DNA from: Utricularia gibba
Lineage: Eukaryota; Plantae; Magnoliophyta
NCBI GenBank assembly: GCA_002189035.1
Contig: CM007992.1
Location: 3,162,001 to 3,226,000 of the forward strand
DNA length: 64,000 nt
Direction of reading: 5' to 3'
In this document: positions 13,789-24,912 of the stretch, piece after piece
Numbering within the stretch: position 1 is the stretch's first letter
How the letters are laid out: each line of letters begins with the position of its first letter
Notes under the pieces: generated by a model
Databases searched by the model: none
What the model was told of the DNA's origin: nothing
The model's input: the letters and a program-made list of their open reading frames with translations, nothing else
Translations under genes and position numbers: made by a program

Positions 13789-15021
13789 ATGAAGTTATTG
13801 TTCTCGTTAGTGTACTGTCCCTCTCTGCTTCGCATTCAGAAGCGTACTCTAGTTAACGTGAAGCTTAAATGGGCGAAGGATCCTGCTCTCGATGCGGTGG
13901 TTTCTAGAGACGAATTTCTAAAGGCTACTTGCACAATAGTTTCTTTGATCGGCTCCCAGCCGAGGTCTTCTCTCCCCGTTCATGGCATTACCAGACACCG
14001 TGGGCAATTGGGACTTCCCTTGGATCTCAAGATCTCCACCTTTCTTCGTCGATATCCGAATATTTTCGAGGAATTTTATTTTCCCGACTCTAAAGGTACT
14101 CCTGTTCCCTGTTACAGCTTAACATCAGAAGCATTCCAAGTTTACAGTCAAGAAATGCAATGTGCATTTGAAGATTGCCATGTAGATATTTTGAATAGGC
14201 TGCAGAAGTTGCTTATGCTTACAAGGCAGAGATTGCTCCCTGTACAGACCGTTGATCAACTTAGGTGGGAGTTGGGCTTGCCGTATGATTATCTAAGCAG
14301 TTTTGTTGGAAAGCACGCAGATGTATTTTCTGCTGTGGCACTTCCTGATGGCCGTTTAGGGTTGAAACTATTGAGATGGGATGATTCCTTGGCAGTATCA
14401 GCATTGGAGTCGAAAACTAATTCAAGTCTTCGAGATAACATTGGGGAGTTAGCTTTTCCTGTTGCGTTTACACGAGGATTCGGATTGAAGAAAAAGTGCA
14501 TGGAATGGTTGAATGAGTGGCAGACACTGCCCTATACAAGTCCATATGTTGATGCCTCTCACCTGGATCCTAGAACAGATGTGTCTGAAAAGAGGATAGT
14601 TGGGGTTTTCCATGAGCTTCTGCACCTAACAATTCTCAAAAAAGTGGAAAGGAAGAATGTGAGTAATCTGAGAAAGGCGCTGTCACTTCCACAGAAGTTC
14701 ACTAAGGTGTTTGAAAGGCATCCAGGTGTGTTTTACATATCACAGAAGGGGGACACTCAAACTGTTTTGCTACGTGAGGCGTATGAACATGGAAGACTGG
14801 TTGAGAAGCACCCTCTTGCTGATATATGGGGCAAATACGCAATGATGATGAGACGCGGATTCTTGGATCGAAGCAAGGGTCTATACAAGAATGAGAGGAA
14901 CCATGTCAAGCAAGAGTTGAGAGAACTGACAAGGATGAGCAAGTCTAGGCATGAATTTGAGTCTGAAACAGAAGGCAATTTGCTTTCTGATTATGAATCT
15001 GATGGAGACTGCAGAGAGTAG
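13789..15021 (+). CDS. PORR (plant organelle RNA recognition) domain protein, intronless CDS, 410 aa
   Basis: LVNVKLKWAKD, STFLRRYPNIF, RLQKLLMLT, LGLPYDY, FTRGFGL, WQTLPYTSPY, EKRIVGVFHELLHLT, FERHPGVFYIS, TVLLREAY. First ATG at 13789. Confidence 0.9.
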   Translation: MKLLFSLVYCPSLLRIQKRTLVNVKLKWAKDPALDAVVSRDEFLKATCTIVSLIGSQPRSSLPVHGITRHRGQLGLPLDLKISTFLRRYPNIFEEFYFPDSKGTPVPCYSLTSEAFQVYSQEMQCAFEDCHVDILNRLQKLLMLTRQRLLPVQTVDQLRWELGLPYDYLSSFVGKHADVFSAVALPDGRLGLKLLRWDDSLAVSALESKTNSSLRDNIGELAFPVAFTRGFGLKKKCMEWLNEWQTLPYTSPYVDASHLDPRTDVSEKRIVGVFHELLHLTILKKVERKNVSNLRKALSLPQKFTKVFERHPGVFYISQKGDTQTVLLREAYEHGRLVEKHPLADIWGKYAMMMRRGFLDRSKGLYKNERNHVKQELRELTRMSKSRHEFESETEGNLLSDYESDGDCRE

Positions 15022-16349
15022 GAATGGGAGAAGCATTTATTCACTCATACATAATGTTTCGAGGCTCATGCTAAACAAGAACACACCATGTACTTGGGAA
15101 TACGAAGGAAATGACTGGCTATTTTTTTTTCAAGCTCTGGGCTCCTTGGAACCACTTATCCCATCCAACATCACTTGGTCCTCTGTCCTGCATAAAACAA
15201 GCATATCACAACAGGCCCTCATGGTATTTCTGAACTATTGCTGTTTCTTATTCTTTCCCAAAGGCATGAAAAATGAAAGCAAGAGCATGGCTTACACGGA
15301 ACTGATTCCACAGTTGAAATTAGCTGTTTTTTCAGAGAAATGTCAAGTGAGGACCTGAAGTTGAATATGATTATGACAAATGCAAGAGACAGGGGAACTC
15401 TTCACAAACCGTGGAAGCTCCACCGACATTCTCAAGCCCGGCCACCTCTGTCTGCTTATCAACACGAAGGAACCATTGCTTCCCGACGCCGACCACCGCG
15501 TGATGACGAATGAGGCCACACCCAACGGTCGTCGCCGTCGCCGTCGCCGTCGCGCCCAATTGCCCGACGCTCAATGATGGCTCCCCGAAAATACCCGATT
15601 CGGTGGCAACTCCCGTAATTTAATGGGCCGAAGGTTTGGGTCGCAGTCTAGGAATCCGTATTTAATGTGAGCCCATTCTTGGTTAGTTGACAACAATTAT
15701 AATATTATTACAATAATTGCTGAAAATCAACGGAACCCATCCAACACTTGCATATTTCTAGCCCTGTAAAACCCTAGATTAATATAATAAAGTTATTTGT
15801 CATCGATGTATATATTTTTATGTGAATAATTGATACTCGATATACATATGTAATCAAAACTGTACAAATCAATAATTGTTAAGTTGACAAATTTAGTACA
15901 AATAATTGATTATCAAAATTGATAAATCAATGTTAAAAGGATTTTAAATGTTGGTCAAAGTTGCCTAACCGATAAACGTTAGTAGTTGATTTCGTCATAG
16001 TTAATAAAACTTAAGGTTAAAATTGTATTTTTGACAAAGCATACTGGTTACATTTGCATTATCTATGAATTATTGATGGTCGAAATTATAATAATAAAGA
16101 TTAATTGTGTGAAGTATAATAATATCATATGATCAAAACTATCATTAAATTAAAATATACTGATCTAAACTGCCAAACCGATAAACATGGTGGTCAAAAT
16201 GGCCATCTCAAAAAATATTCGTACCTGCACCAATTTCAATTATTAAATATGAACGATTTTCAAATACTTTTTTTAAAGGAATAAAAAACATGTGAAATTA
16301 TCAATTTTAAAAGAAAAAGGACAGATTTTAAGAATATTATTAATTTCTG

Positions 16350-17798
16350 TTGACTTTACATTATCTAGAACGTTCATTGACTTTAACATCTAAACAAATA
16401 ATCTTGAAATTATTTATTTGGTTGCGATAATTCGAAAAAAAAAATCAAATAAGTTTTCCAAATCGAATCATTGAAAAAAAAATCTTGATTTTTTTTAACA
16501 ATTGCTCCAATAATTACTATCTTTACACCTCACCCCAACTTCTATTAATTAGTCCACGATACACTTTCCAAAAATAACACCTGTGAGCGCTCTACAAAAA
16601 TCTTAAAAACTCCAATTTGCAATAGTGACTTAATTTCCTATTTTGACTTTTGGTGCTGATTTATTTTATTTTGAAAAATAAAAGTAAACGCATTGGAAGG
16701 TTCCTTTGCCATGTCAACTCCCTACCTCATAAAACCCCCCAAGACTTTATGATAAATAGCATGATAATTGACCCACTCATCAACTTCTAGTGAAAAATGC
16801 ATACATACAATGGTGTTGAGATATCTAATAATCGAAGTAGAAGTATTCAAATAATTTCGACTCCGATTGTCGTGTCGAAGGATGATCTGAGTCGAATTGA
16901 AGGTGATTTTTCTAAGTGTGATAGAGAGTGTATGTGTGTGTGTTATGAAATTGGTTGAACTTAGGTTAGTGATTAATTAGGGTTTAGGTCAACTCCCGTA
17001 AGTGAATCGTGGCCGTTGATTGGTCGCGAGGCCAATCGGACGGACGTGAGTGGATTAGAGACAATGAAGAGGGCGGGAACATTAAAAATGATGGTCAACC
17101 ATTTCGCATGTGACTAGTCACGTTTTCGGGTCAGCCTTTGCTTTGTTTGTAGGGTTGTCTCCCCTTTTTATTTATTTTATTTAATACAAATTCATTTTAA
17201 TATTCTTATTATTTTTTAATGATATAAATATTTATATTCAAGGTCATATAAAAATATGTTTTTTTATGAGAATTTTTGGGAAATTTAAAAATTTGAAATT
17301 TTTGAATTTTTGAAAAAAAAATAAAAATCGTATATATAAAAAATTGATCTTAGTACATACGATAAAAAATCATGTCTAATATAATATTAGAATAATCGTT
17401 CTATTTAAACGCATTTATATCTTGTTTTTAATCAATATAAAATATCATTACTATGTTTTTTGGTTTACATTCTCTAACTTTTAGACATTCAATGTCTTGT
17501 TAATTGTCCCCTTATTTTACCATTTGCATAAGGTTAAGTTTGGCTATTTAAATTATTCGAAACATGGAATTTGAAAAAAATTTTAAAAATTTGAACATTT
17601 GAATTTCTGAAAATTTCAGTGTCGCCCCGGAGAAACTGCGTATTTGTGGATGAGGATAGTGGAAAATGTCAACTAGACCCCAAAGGGGGGCCCACGACTC
17701 TCCCGTTTTGGCGAGCCAATAAAGTGTCCTTTCCCCAACCACATTGAAACCTGGGATCGTGAAATCTCGGCCGTTCGATTAAGACCACAACTTTGACT
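16350..17798. promoter_or_regulatory. W-box-rich upstream region of the WRKY gene
   Basis: TTGAC(C/T) or its reverse complement at 16350, 16377, 16643, 16768, 16987, 17093 and 17793. Confidence 0.55.
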
Positions 17799-17952
17799 CT
17801 TGTTCTTGGTCACCTGCCCGTCCGGTCAGCAATAACCGCATTCTCCATAAATAAGAGCCCTTGCTCCCTCTCTTCTTTCCCCAAGTTCACACACCCAAAT
17901 CGCTCTTGTTGCTCCATGAACTGAGCTGGAAGAAGTAGTGGGTTAGAGAAAT

Positions 17953-19079
17953 ATGGCGGTGGAGATGATGGGATACTCGGATCGGAGCGAGGAGATGGCG
18001 ATTCAGGAGGCGGCGGCGGCGGGATTGAAGTCTATGGAGCATCTGATTAGAACGGTGTCGCAACAGAATCAGCAGGCGGATTGCAGAGAGATTGCGGATT
18101 TCACGGTTTCCAGGTTCAAGAAAGTGATCTCGATTCTTGACCGGGCCGGTCACGCACGGTTCCGACGTGGCCCGGTTCAGCCACGGCTGTCGGTGCCGCC
18201 GGTGGTGGTGCACAACCCTGCTCCTCAGCCTTTTCATCCTCCGAAGACGGGCGTGTTTTCTCTCTCAACTGCGCAGCCGTTAACTCTTGATTTTACGAAG
18301 CCGGTGGCTGGGGCTTTGTTTAGGAAAAATGGGGGAGCAGGAAACGAGGTGTTTACTTTGTCGACAGCGGTTTCTACTTCTGGTAATTCCTCATCGACGT
18401 TTGTTTCGTCGATCACTGGCGAAGGAAGCGTTTCTAACGGGAAGGTCGGCGCGTTTTCAACACCTATCGGAAAGTCCCCTCTCTCCGGCAACGGGAACGC
18501 CTCGGGCTCAAAGAGATGTCGTGAGCATGAACTTTCTGATAACATCTCCGGCGGCAAAAACTCCAACTCCAGGTGTAACTGCAAAAAGAGGTCAAATGCC
18601 CCGTCAATTTCTCCTTTGACCTTCTGCTCGTCCCCAAAATCGCCAGGAAATTGAGATTTCTTTTTTTTTTTTCAAACAGAAAATCGAGGGTGAAACGGAG
18701 CATCAAAGTTCCGGCAATCAGCTCCAAAATCGCTGATATTCCACCGGATGAATATTCATGGAGAAAGTACGGACAGAAGCCCATCAAAGGATCGCCATAC
18801 CCGCGGTAAAAACCCTTTCCACTCCTCCATTCTTCAAGATCTGGATTCAATTTCTGAACCTAAAATTTCTGTGGACTCAATTTCAGAGGTTACTACAAGT
18901 GCAGCACCGTAAGAGGCTGTCCGGCCCGAAAACACGTGGAGCGCGCGACAGACGATCGGAATATGTTGATCGTGACGTACGAGGGCGAGCACCATCATTC
19001 GCATCCGGCGATCCAGGAGATCCCCGATGGCGCAATCGCCGCGGTGCCCCCGCACCTCGTCGTTTTCGAGTCTTCCTGA
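17953..19079 (+). CDS. WRKY11/17-like: WRKY transcription factor, group IId (WRKY11/17-like), 3 exons
   Basis: [16 protein letters not shown], CaM-binding-type [18 protein letters not shown] motif [51 protein letters not shown]...YEGEHHH. Stop at 19077-19079. Confidence 0.95.
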
Positions 19080-20064
19080 GAAAATGCATCATCGCGCTAG
19101 TTGTGTAATTTCGTAATAGCTGGAGAATTTACAATCCGCATTGGTGTAAATTTGAATCCGAAGAAAAATGGAAAAAAAAAACTAATTTTGATTAAATTGA
19201 GAAATAAATTTAATATATTTAAATTAAACAGTAATTTTTATTTGTTAAAATATTTAAAAAATTAAAAAAATATTGAAACCATGATCCCTTGTAGAATGTG
19301 CGAGCAAAGTAAATATTTCCTGTCTTTTTTTTTCTAAAGCTATGTTTGTAAGTTGTAAAACAACATACCATTTCATGTTTTTTATAAAATTAAATTAATT
19401 CTTAAAAATTAATTTTCTATGATAAAATTTGATATAAATTTAAAAGAGAGAAAGAATTAATTCGAATGATTTTCAAACGCTAATTAAATATATTCTTCAT
19501 TTTTAATTAAAATAATATTCTATTTTAGACTAGTTTTAAATTGACTTCTAATTCTTAAATTTATACCTATATTTTTAATAATATGAAAAATCATAAATTA
19601 AATTTCTAATATAAATATAAATTTAAAAAAAATAAAAAATATATTTTCTTTACAAAAAGGCGCTTGAATAATAATGGTGAATTAATGTACCCAAACTCAA
19701 ATTGCAAATGGGTCCCTTATATGAATTTTTTTAAAAAAACAAATCATAAGTAGGAGTATTATTATGTGTATCCATGAATTATGGACATTGATTTAATATT
19801 TGTATTCAAAATTATCGGATATTGGATATTTCAAATATAAGAATTTCACGAGTATCAATTGTGTCATAAAATTAAATAATCAGGGACCTATTTTGCTAAA
19901 TTTTGAAATAATGGAGATTATTTATACTACAATGTTTAAAGAAATATTGGGAATTAATTTTGATCAAGTTTTAAATAATGTAGATTAATTTTATTTGGTT
20001 TTTAAATAATAAGTATGAACAACATATTTTTGGAGATAATTTTTGCAATTAGTTCAAAACTTGG

Positions 20065-20430
20065 GAGAGGTGCAACCAAGTCAAGTCCAGTCGAGCTTTC
20101 CGGAAGATTTGGAGCTCAATCTCGATCGCACATTTTTAGGCTCGAGCCCATCGAGCCTAGGAAAACTTGCCTCTAGCTCGGGCTCGAATCGAGCCCAGTA
20201 AAATTTGGGTCGAGCTTGGGCTCGATTTGAGCCAAAAATGTGTCTCAAGCCTAAATTCAAGCCCAAAAATGTGCCTCGAACCTTGGAATACTAAGGTCAA
20301 ACTTGGCTCGACAGCAGGATTGAGCTCGATATCGGCTCGACTCGAACTCGATCAAGCCGAGCTGTAATCGAGTTGAGCTCAAGCCAATTCGAAAAAGCTT
20401 GTGAGCCGGCTCAACTCACTTGCAGCCGTA
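20065..20430. mobile_element. Non-autonomous hAT-type MITE, about 365 bp
   Basis: AAACTTGG at 20057-20064 and 20430-20437 (boundary ambiguous by 1 bp). Ends GAGAGGTGCAA and TTGCAGCCGTA. Dense internal CTCGAG/GAGCTC/GCTCG subterminal repeats. Confidence 0.8.
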
Positions 20431-20579
20431 AACTTGGAGACTATTGTCATGGCATTTGGCAGTAATAATCCCCGCATTTTGACTTAATTGTAAAAACGAT
20501 TTCTAAATTTAAAATGCTCATTCCCATTATTTTAAAATCAAGTAAAATTAGTTAGCAATATTTTAAAGTTCAAGTAATA

Positions 20580-20625
20580 TGCTTTCTGATTACGAATCTG
20601 ATGGAGACTGCATAGAGTAGGAATG
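20580..20625 (+). repeat. 46-bp dispersed copy of the 3' end of the PORR CDS (14981-15026)
   Basis: TGCTTTCTGATTACGAATCTGATGGAGACTGCATAGAGTAGGAATG differs from 14981-15026 at only 2 positions. Confidence 0.92.
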
Positions 20626-20653
20626 CGCTCCCTACCTAACCCAAGCGGATCCA

Positions 20654-20754
20654 AAATCACTTGCCTCGCCCAGGTCAAGTAGTGCCGACAGTGGTCACTT
20701 TTCTAAATCACTTGCCCCGGCCAGGTCAAGTGGGGCCGACCTTGTATTATATAA
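20654..20754 (+). promoter_or_regulatory. Duplicated 36-bp cis module (W-box plus DRE/CRT core) followed by a TATA box
   Basis: Copies at 20654-20689 and 20705-20740 each carry GGTCAA (reverse W-box) and GCCGAC. TATATAA at 20748-20754. Confidence 0.6.
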
Positions 20755-20789
20755 GGCATTTGGCCGGAGACGAAGAGTGAAGTACGGCA

Positions 20790-21200
20790 ATGAGTCCCAG
20801 CTCCTTAACAACGCAGCAACTTCGGGAGGTGTTTGAGATCCTCACCGGGAGGATGATTCCTATCCCCTTGGGTATCCTTCTTGTGGCATACCAAGTACAG
20901 GGGATAGACCCTCTGCAGATCCCCATGATGAGGATCTTCATCGGCAATTTCTTCGCCTTTTGGGCGATCAATGCTCTGAACCGGATATGCCCGCCGTCCG
21001 ACGAGCTGGTGTTTCTTCTTGCTTCCTGTACGCTAATCGTCGCAAGCCTTTCCTTCTTCTCTCTCTTTGTCTCTCCCCATTACTCCTTCTATGTCCCTCT
21101 GGTGCTCTCGCCGCCCACCATCGCCGTCGTGAATTGGGAAAATGTCCGGGTGATTTACCACAAGGCTAGAAACCGGGAAGATGCCGACGCCGCAGTGTAA
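20790..21200 (+). CDS. Unassigned small hydrophobic (multi-pass membrane) protein, 136 aa, intronless
   Basis: ATG-to-TAA ORF in a GC-rich island between AT-rich DNA, with 3-4 hydrophobic stretches. Upstream TATA box; AATAAA at about 21246. Confidence 0.6.
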   Translation: MSPSSLTTQQLREVFEILTGRMIPIPLGILLVAYQVQGIDPLQIPMMRIFIGNFFAFWAINALNRICPPSDELVFLLASCTLIVASLSFFSLFVSPHYSFYVPLVLSPPTIAVVNWENVRVIYHKARNREDADAAV

Positions 21201-21707
21201 CCCGCCGGCAGTGCTTTGTAAAGAAATTTCATATTTATAGTATCAAATAAAAGCATTTCCAACTAGTTGAATACGAATTACTTTTTTTTTTTTATCATAT
21301 TATCCGTTTTTGTATATTCAATCTTTATGACTTTGTTCTTTATTTTCGGAAAAAAGTAATTATACAATATTAGAAAAATAATTTTATTTAAACACATACA
21401 CGATGAATTAGTGTCACACGCCTCTGGCCTAAATAAATGACACTACTGTTGACAAAATTAGTCCCCCAAAATTTCTTATATACACAACCGGAAAATTGTT
21501 GGATGGGCCGGAGGAGCCCATATGATGTGGGTCCAACAGCTGGTAAGAAACCCGGCCCGGTTAGAATCCGCTCCCAGGCCTTGCGCTTCCGCCGCCTTTG
21601 CTGTTTCCTGAAAGTTCTTTTTTGAATACTGGATTGCTGATCGGTCCCCATTTTCTTCCGCGACCTAAAAGTTTGGTGAAGCGAATTCGAAAGGGAGAAG
21701 AGGGATC

Positions 21708-23614
21708 ATGTCCGTGTTGATCTGCAACTCCTGTAACAAGGAGTTATCCGATGAGGTTGAGCAAAAGCTTCATTACAAATCCGAATGGCATCGTTACAAT
21801 CTCAAACGAAAGGTGCTTCCTTTTCCCGTTTTTTCATGGTTAATTTGTTCTTTCTGTTGGTAAAGTACTTTGTCTTTTGCACTTGGTAGTCTTAGATACG
21901 TTTATGCAAGTCTTAGGTGAGGTTATTGGATGTTAAAGTAAATGAATTCTGATTTCTTTGACTTTCAATTGGAATTTGCTGAGTGGCGATTGATTAGTGC
22001 GGTGATGATTTTGTGTGTGATGGATATTCTTGAAGGTTGCCGGAGTCCCAGGAGTAACTGAGGCGCTTTTCCTGGCTAGGCAATCTGCCATTGCGGAAGA
22101 GAAAAGGAAATTGGATGAAGCTTCATTGTTGTATAGTTGCCGCCTTTGCAACAAAGAATATAGAAGCTCTAAAGCTCATGATCAGCATCTCAAATCTAAA
22201 AGCCATCTTATGCGAGCTTCTGAAGCAAACAGCGGTGATGTTAGAGAGAGCACAATAGTCAGGCCACTTCCCAGGCGTGTTGCCAAGGAGCCATCAAAAA
22301 ATCCTGCTGAAGAAGATGATTGGGAAGAGGTTGATCCTGGAGAAGTCGAGGGATTAATCAAATCAATGGGACCACTGGGGGTGGATGAGGATAATTCTGA
22401 TCTGGACATGGATGAAGAGGAGGAGGAAGATGATGGATTTGAGGATTTGGACCCGTCGTGTTGCTTTATGTGTGATATGGAGCACGATACCTTGGATGCA
22501 TGCATGGTGCACATGCTCAAGAAGCATGGCCTCTTTATTCCGGATGTAGAATATTTGAAGGATCCTAAAGGTCTTCTTACATATCTTTCCCTCAAGGTAA
22601 ATAAATTGGATGATTTCCAGTTAGAAGATCTATTTGATTCTCTTTCTATGTATCTTACAGCTTTGTCCTCCAGGTGAGGAAGGATTTCTTGTGCCTGTAT
22701 TGCAAAGAGACGAGTCGTCCTTTCAGTAGCTTGGAGGCCGTGCGTAAGCATATGGAAGCAAAAAGTCACTGCAAAGTACATTATGGTGATGGAACTGAAG
22801 ATGAGGAAGCAGATCTGGAAGAGTTTTATGATTACAGTAGCAGGTGGGGTCACTTTACTCCCTTTTTATAAGATGCTCTTCTTCCTAAATTATGGGTCAC
22901 TTTACTCCCTTTTTCTAAGATGCTCTTCTCTTCCTAAGTTATGGACCGGATTGTGAACGGTAATTGCAATTTTAGGTTTTCTTGGATGTCGTTTACAGCA
23001 GCAAGAATAGATTATGAATTTTGATAAAGAACAACTCTCTGTCTTGTGAAATTGGATGTCCATGTAGTACATCATTATGGTGCTTGTAAACCATTTAAAT
23101 CTGTATGTTGGCCAATTGTGTCTAACCCCTCGTGCCATTTTCATGTAAAAAAGCTATTTGGAGGCTGATGGGAAGCAAGTGGTTGCAGCCGATGGAATGT
23201 CAAGCTGGATTGACCTTGGTAGTGGTGGCTCCGAGCTGATCATCACTAGAACCGATGATGGTTCGAAACTCACCAGGGTTCTTGGTTCAAGAGAATATTT
23301 GAGATACTATCGCCAGAAACCACGACCTACAGCCGCAAATGGTACAATTACTGCTGCACTAGCTGCAAGGTGCGATCTAACTCTTCTCCACACATGTGAA
23401 GTTTCATCTTTTTGGTTTGAAAGATTTTCCGAGAGTTTTATGTTTATGTTTCAGATACAAAAGCATGGGCCTGGCAACGGTACAGTCAAGGGAGCAAGTG
23501 ATACGCATGAAAGTCTTGAAGACAATGAACAAGAATTCCGTGGACACCATGCGTTCGAAAATAGGAATGAAGAGCAATGTCATAAGGAACCTCCCCAAGA
23601 ATGTTACATATTAA
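21708..23614 (+). CDS. REIL: REI1-like cytosolic 60S biogenesis factor (C2H2 zinc fingers), multi-exon
   Basis: CNSCN...HYKSEWHRYNLKRKVAGVPGVTEALF, CRLCNKEYRSSKAHDQHLKSKSH, CFMCD..HMLKKH, CLYC..AVRKHMEAKSHC, LGSREYLRYYRQKP, NVIRNLPKNVTY*. Confidence 0.93.
22847..22942 (+). repeat. Tandem duplication (47 bp and 49 bp) at the 5' end of a REIL intron
   Basis: GGGTCACTTTACTCCCTTTTT(A/C)TAAGATGCTCTTC(TC)TTCCTAA(A/G)TTAT, two copies. Confidence 0.9.
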
Positions 23615-24075
23615 TGTGCAGTGAGTTCCTTTGTGTTTCATTAGCTTCACCTGAGAGTCCCCTCGTTTGAATTGTCTTCTCTAGCTCCTTGCAAACACGC
23701 ACCTATTTATGCATTTGCCATGCTTTATGCAGCAATACCATACAGATTGACAACAGATATGTACAATTTACTTTGAAATAAACAATCATTTGGATGTTGG
23801 TTGGAGCAACAAATAGAGCAAACGCTTCTTCTGCACAAGAGAACTATGAACAGGATAAATAGCAGGCTGCTGAATGCGGAGAACCAGAGCAGCCATGAGA
23901 GAAATTACAAGGGCCTTGGGCTACCTGGTTTTTCCATAGCCACCAATGAACCCTTCACGTTCCGCACCGCCGGTCGCCGTTGTTTTCTGCCTAGCCGGAA
24001 TGAAGCCGGGCGCGGTGCCTCCGGTGACTGAAAAAACAAGGAGACAATTCAGTGGAAGAGGTAAACTTCAACAAC

Positions 24076-24912
24076 TTATGCAGCTTTCCCATCCCCTGAC
24101 CTGCTGCGCTGTTCGCTTCGCCTCCTTGCCAGTCTCATTGCATTGGCTAAATCATCATCAGTCCCCTCTGATCCAGATGGTGGGAGTGACTGGATGCTGC
24201 TTCTTGATCTCCTCCTGCTTCTGTGCCTCCTAAACCCATTGAATACCTGGCAAAGCACACAGCATTTCCACCAGTTGCCATTTTCCCCTGGAGAGTCCTC
24301 CACAGAGCTTTCATCCCCATATTCGATGACATAGTCACCGAAAACAACACCATGGGGAATCACAGACCGGATTGTGCTCAGAACATCCACTGCTTCTGAG
24401 GACCGTTGCAAACTCTCCCACCGGAGCTGCCTCGCAGGATCAACCTTAGAAGGGTAAGCATGGGGATGTTCTAGTTGTGAATGCCTTTGAAGCTCTACGT
24501 ATGTGCCACTGAATTTGCATCTTTCTTCTTCACAGCACCTCCTCTTGCCATCCAGGAGCAGGCGAAGCCGATCTGAGACGACGAATTCGTAAACTAATCC
24601 TCTGCACAGCGGGCACACTGGTCTGATCTGAGACCCTGAGCCCAGCAAGCTCAAATTCTCTGCAGAGGTGAGTGCTTGGGAGGCCCCATATGGTACCCCG
24701 TTTGCTTGTATGAAGCGAACCAGACAGTTGGAATGCGAGTGGCTGGTATCGCAGATGAAAAACCGGCATCCCTTGGCATAGGAAGTGCATTTCATGAGGA
24801 CTGCGTTGTGGGGGAAGTTCAAGCAGATGGGGCAGGTGACATCGTCCAGGTTCGTGAACAGCTCTGTCTCTTCTTTCAGAAACTGGAAGTCTTTGGGGCT
24901 GCCTCCAACCAT
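24076..24912 (-). CDS. DUF1644 family protein (RING-like Cys/His cluster), 278 aa
   Basis: DVTCPICLNFPHNAVLMKCTSYAKGCRFFICDTSHSHSNCLVRF, CPLCRG, RCCEEERCKFSGTYVELQRH..EHPHAYPSKVDPARQ, VLSTIRS..PHGVVFGDYVIE. Confidence 0.9.
   Translation of the reverse strand: MVGGSPKDFQFLKEETELFTNLDDVTCPICLNFPHNAVLMKCTSYAKGCRFFICDTSHSHSNCLVRFIQANGVPYGASQALTSAENLSLLGSGSQIRPVCPLCRGLVYEFVVSDRLRLLLDGKRRCCEEERCKFSGTYVELQRHSQLEHPHAYPSKVDPARQLRWESLQRSSEAVDVLSTIRSVIPHGVVFGDYVIEYGDESSVEDSPGENGNWWKCCVLCQVFNGFRRHRSRRRSRSSIQSLPPSGSEGTDDDLANAMRLARRRSEQRSRSGDGKAA

Noticed and set aside
15760-16260. AT-rich segment with a repeated (CT/CA)AACCGATAAAC motif, possibly a MULE-derived MITE
   Set aside because: I could not define terminal inverted repeats or a TSD by eye.
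17887-19092. Several antisense and alternative-frame ORFs over the WRKY gene
   Set aside because: They are shadow ORFs of GC-rich coding sequence with no family motifs.
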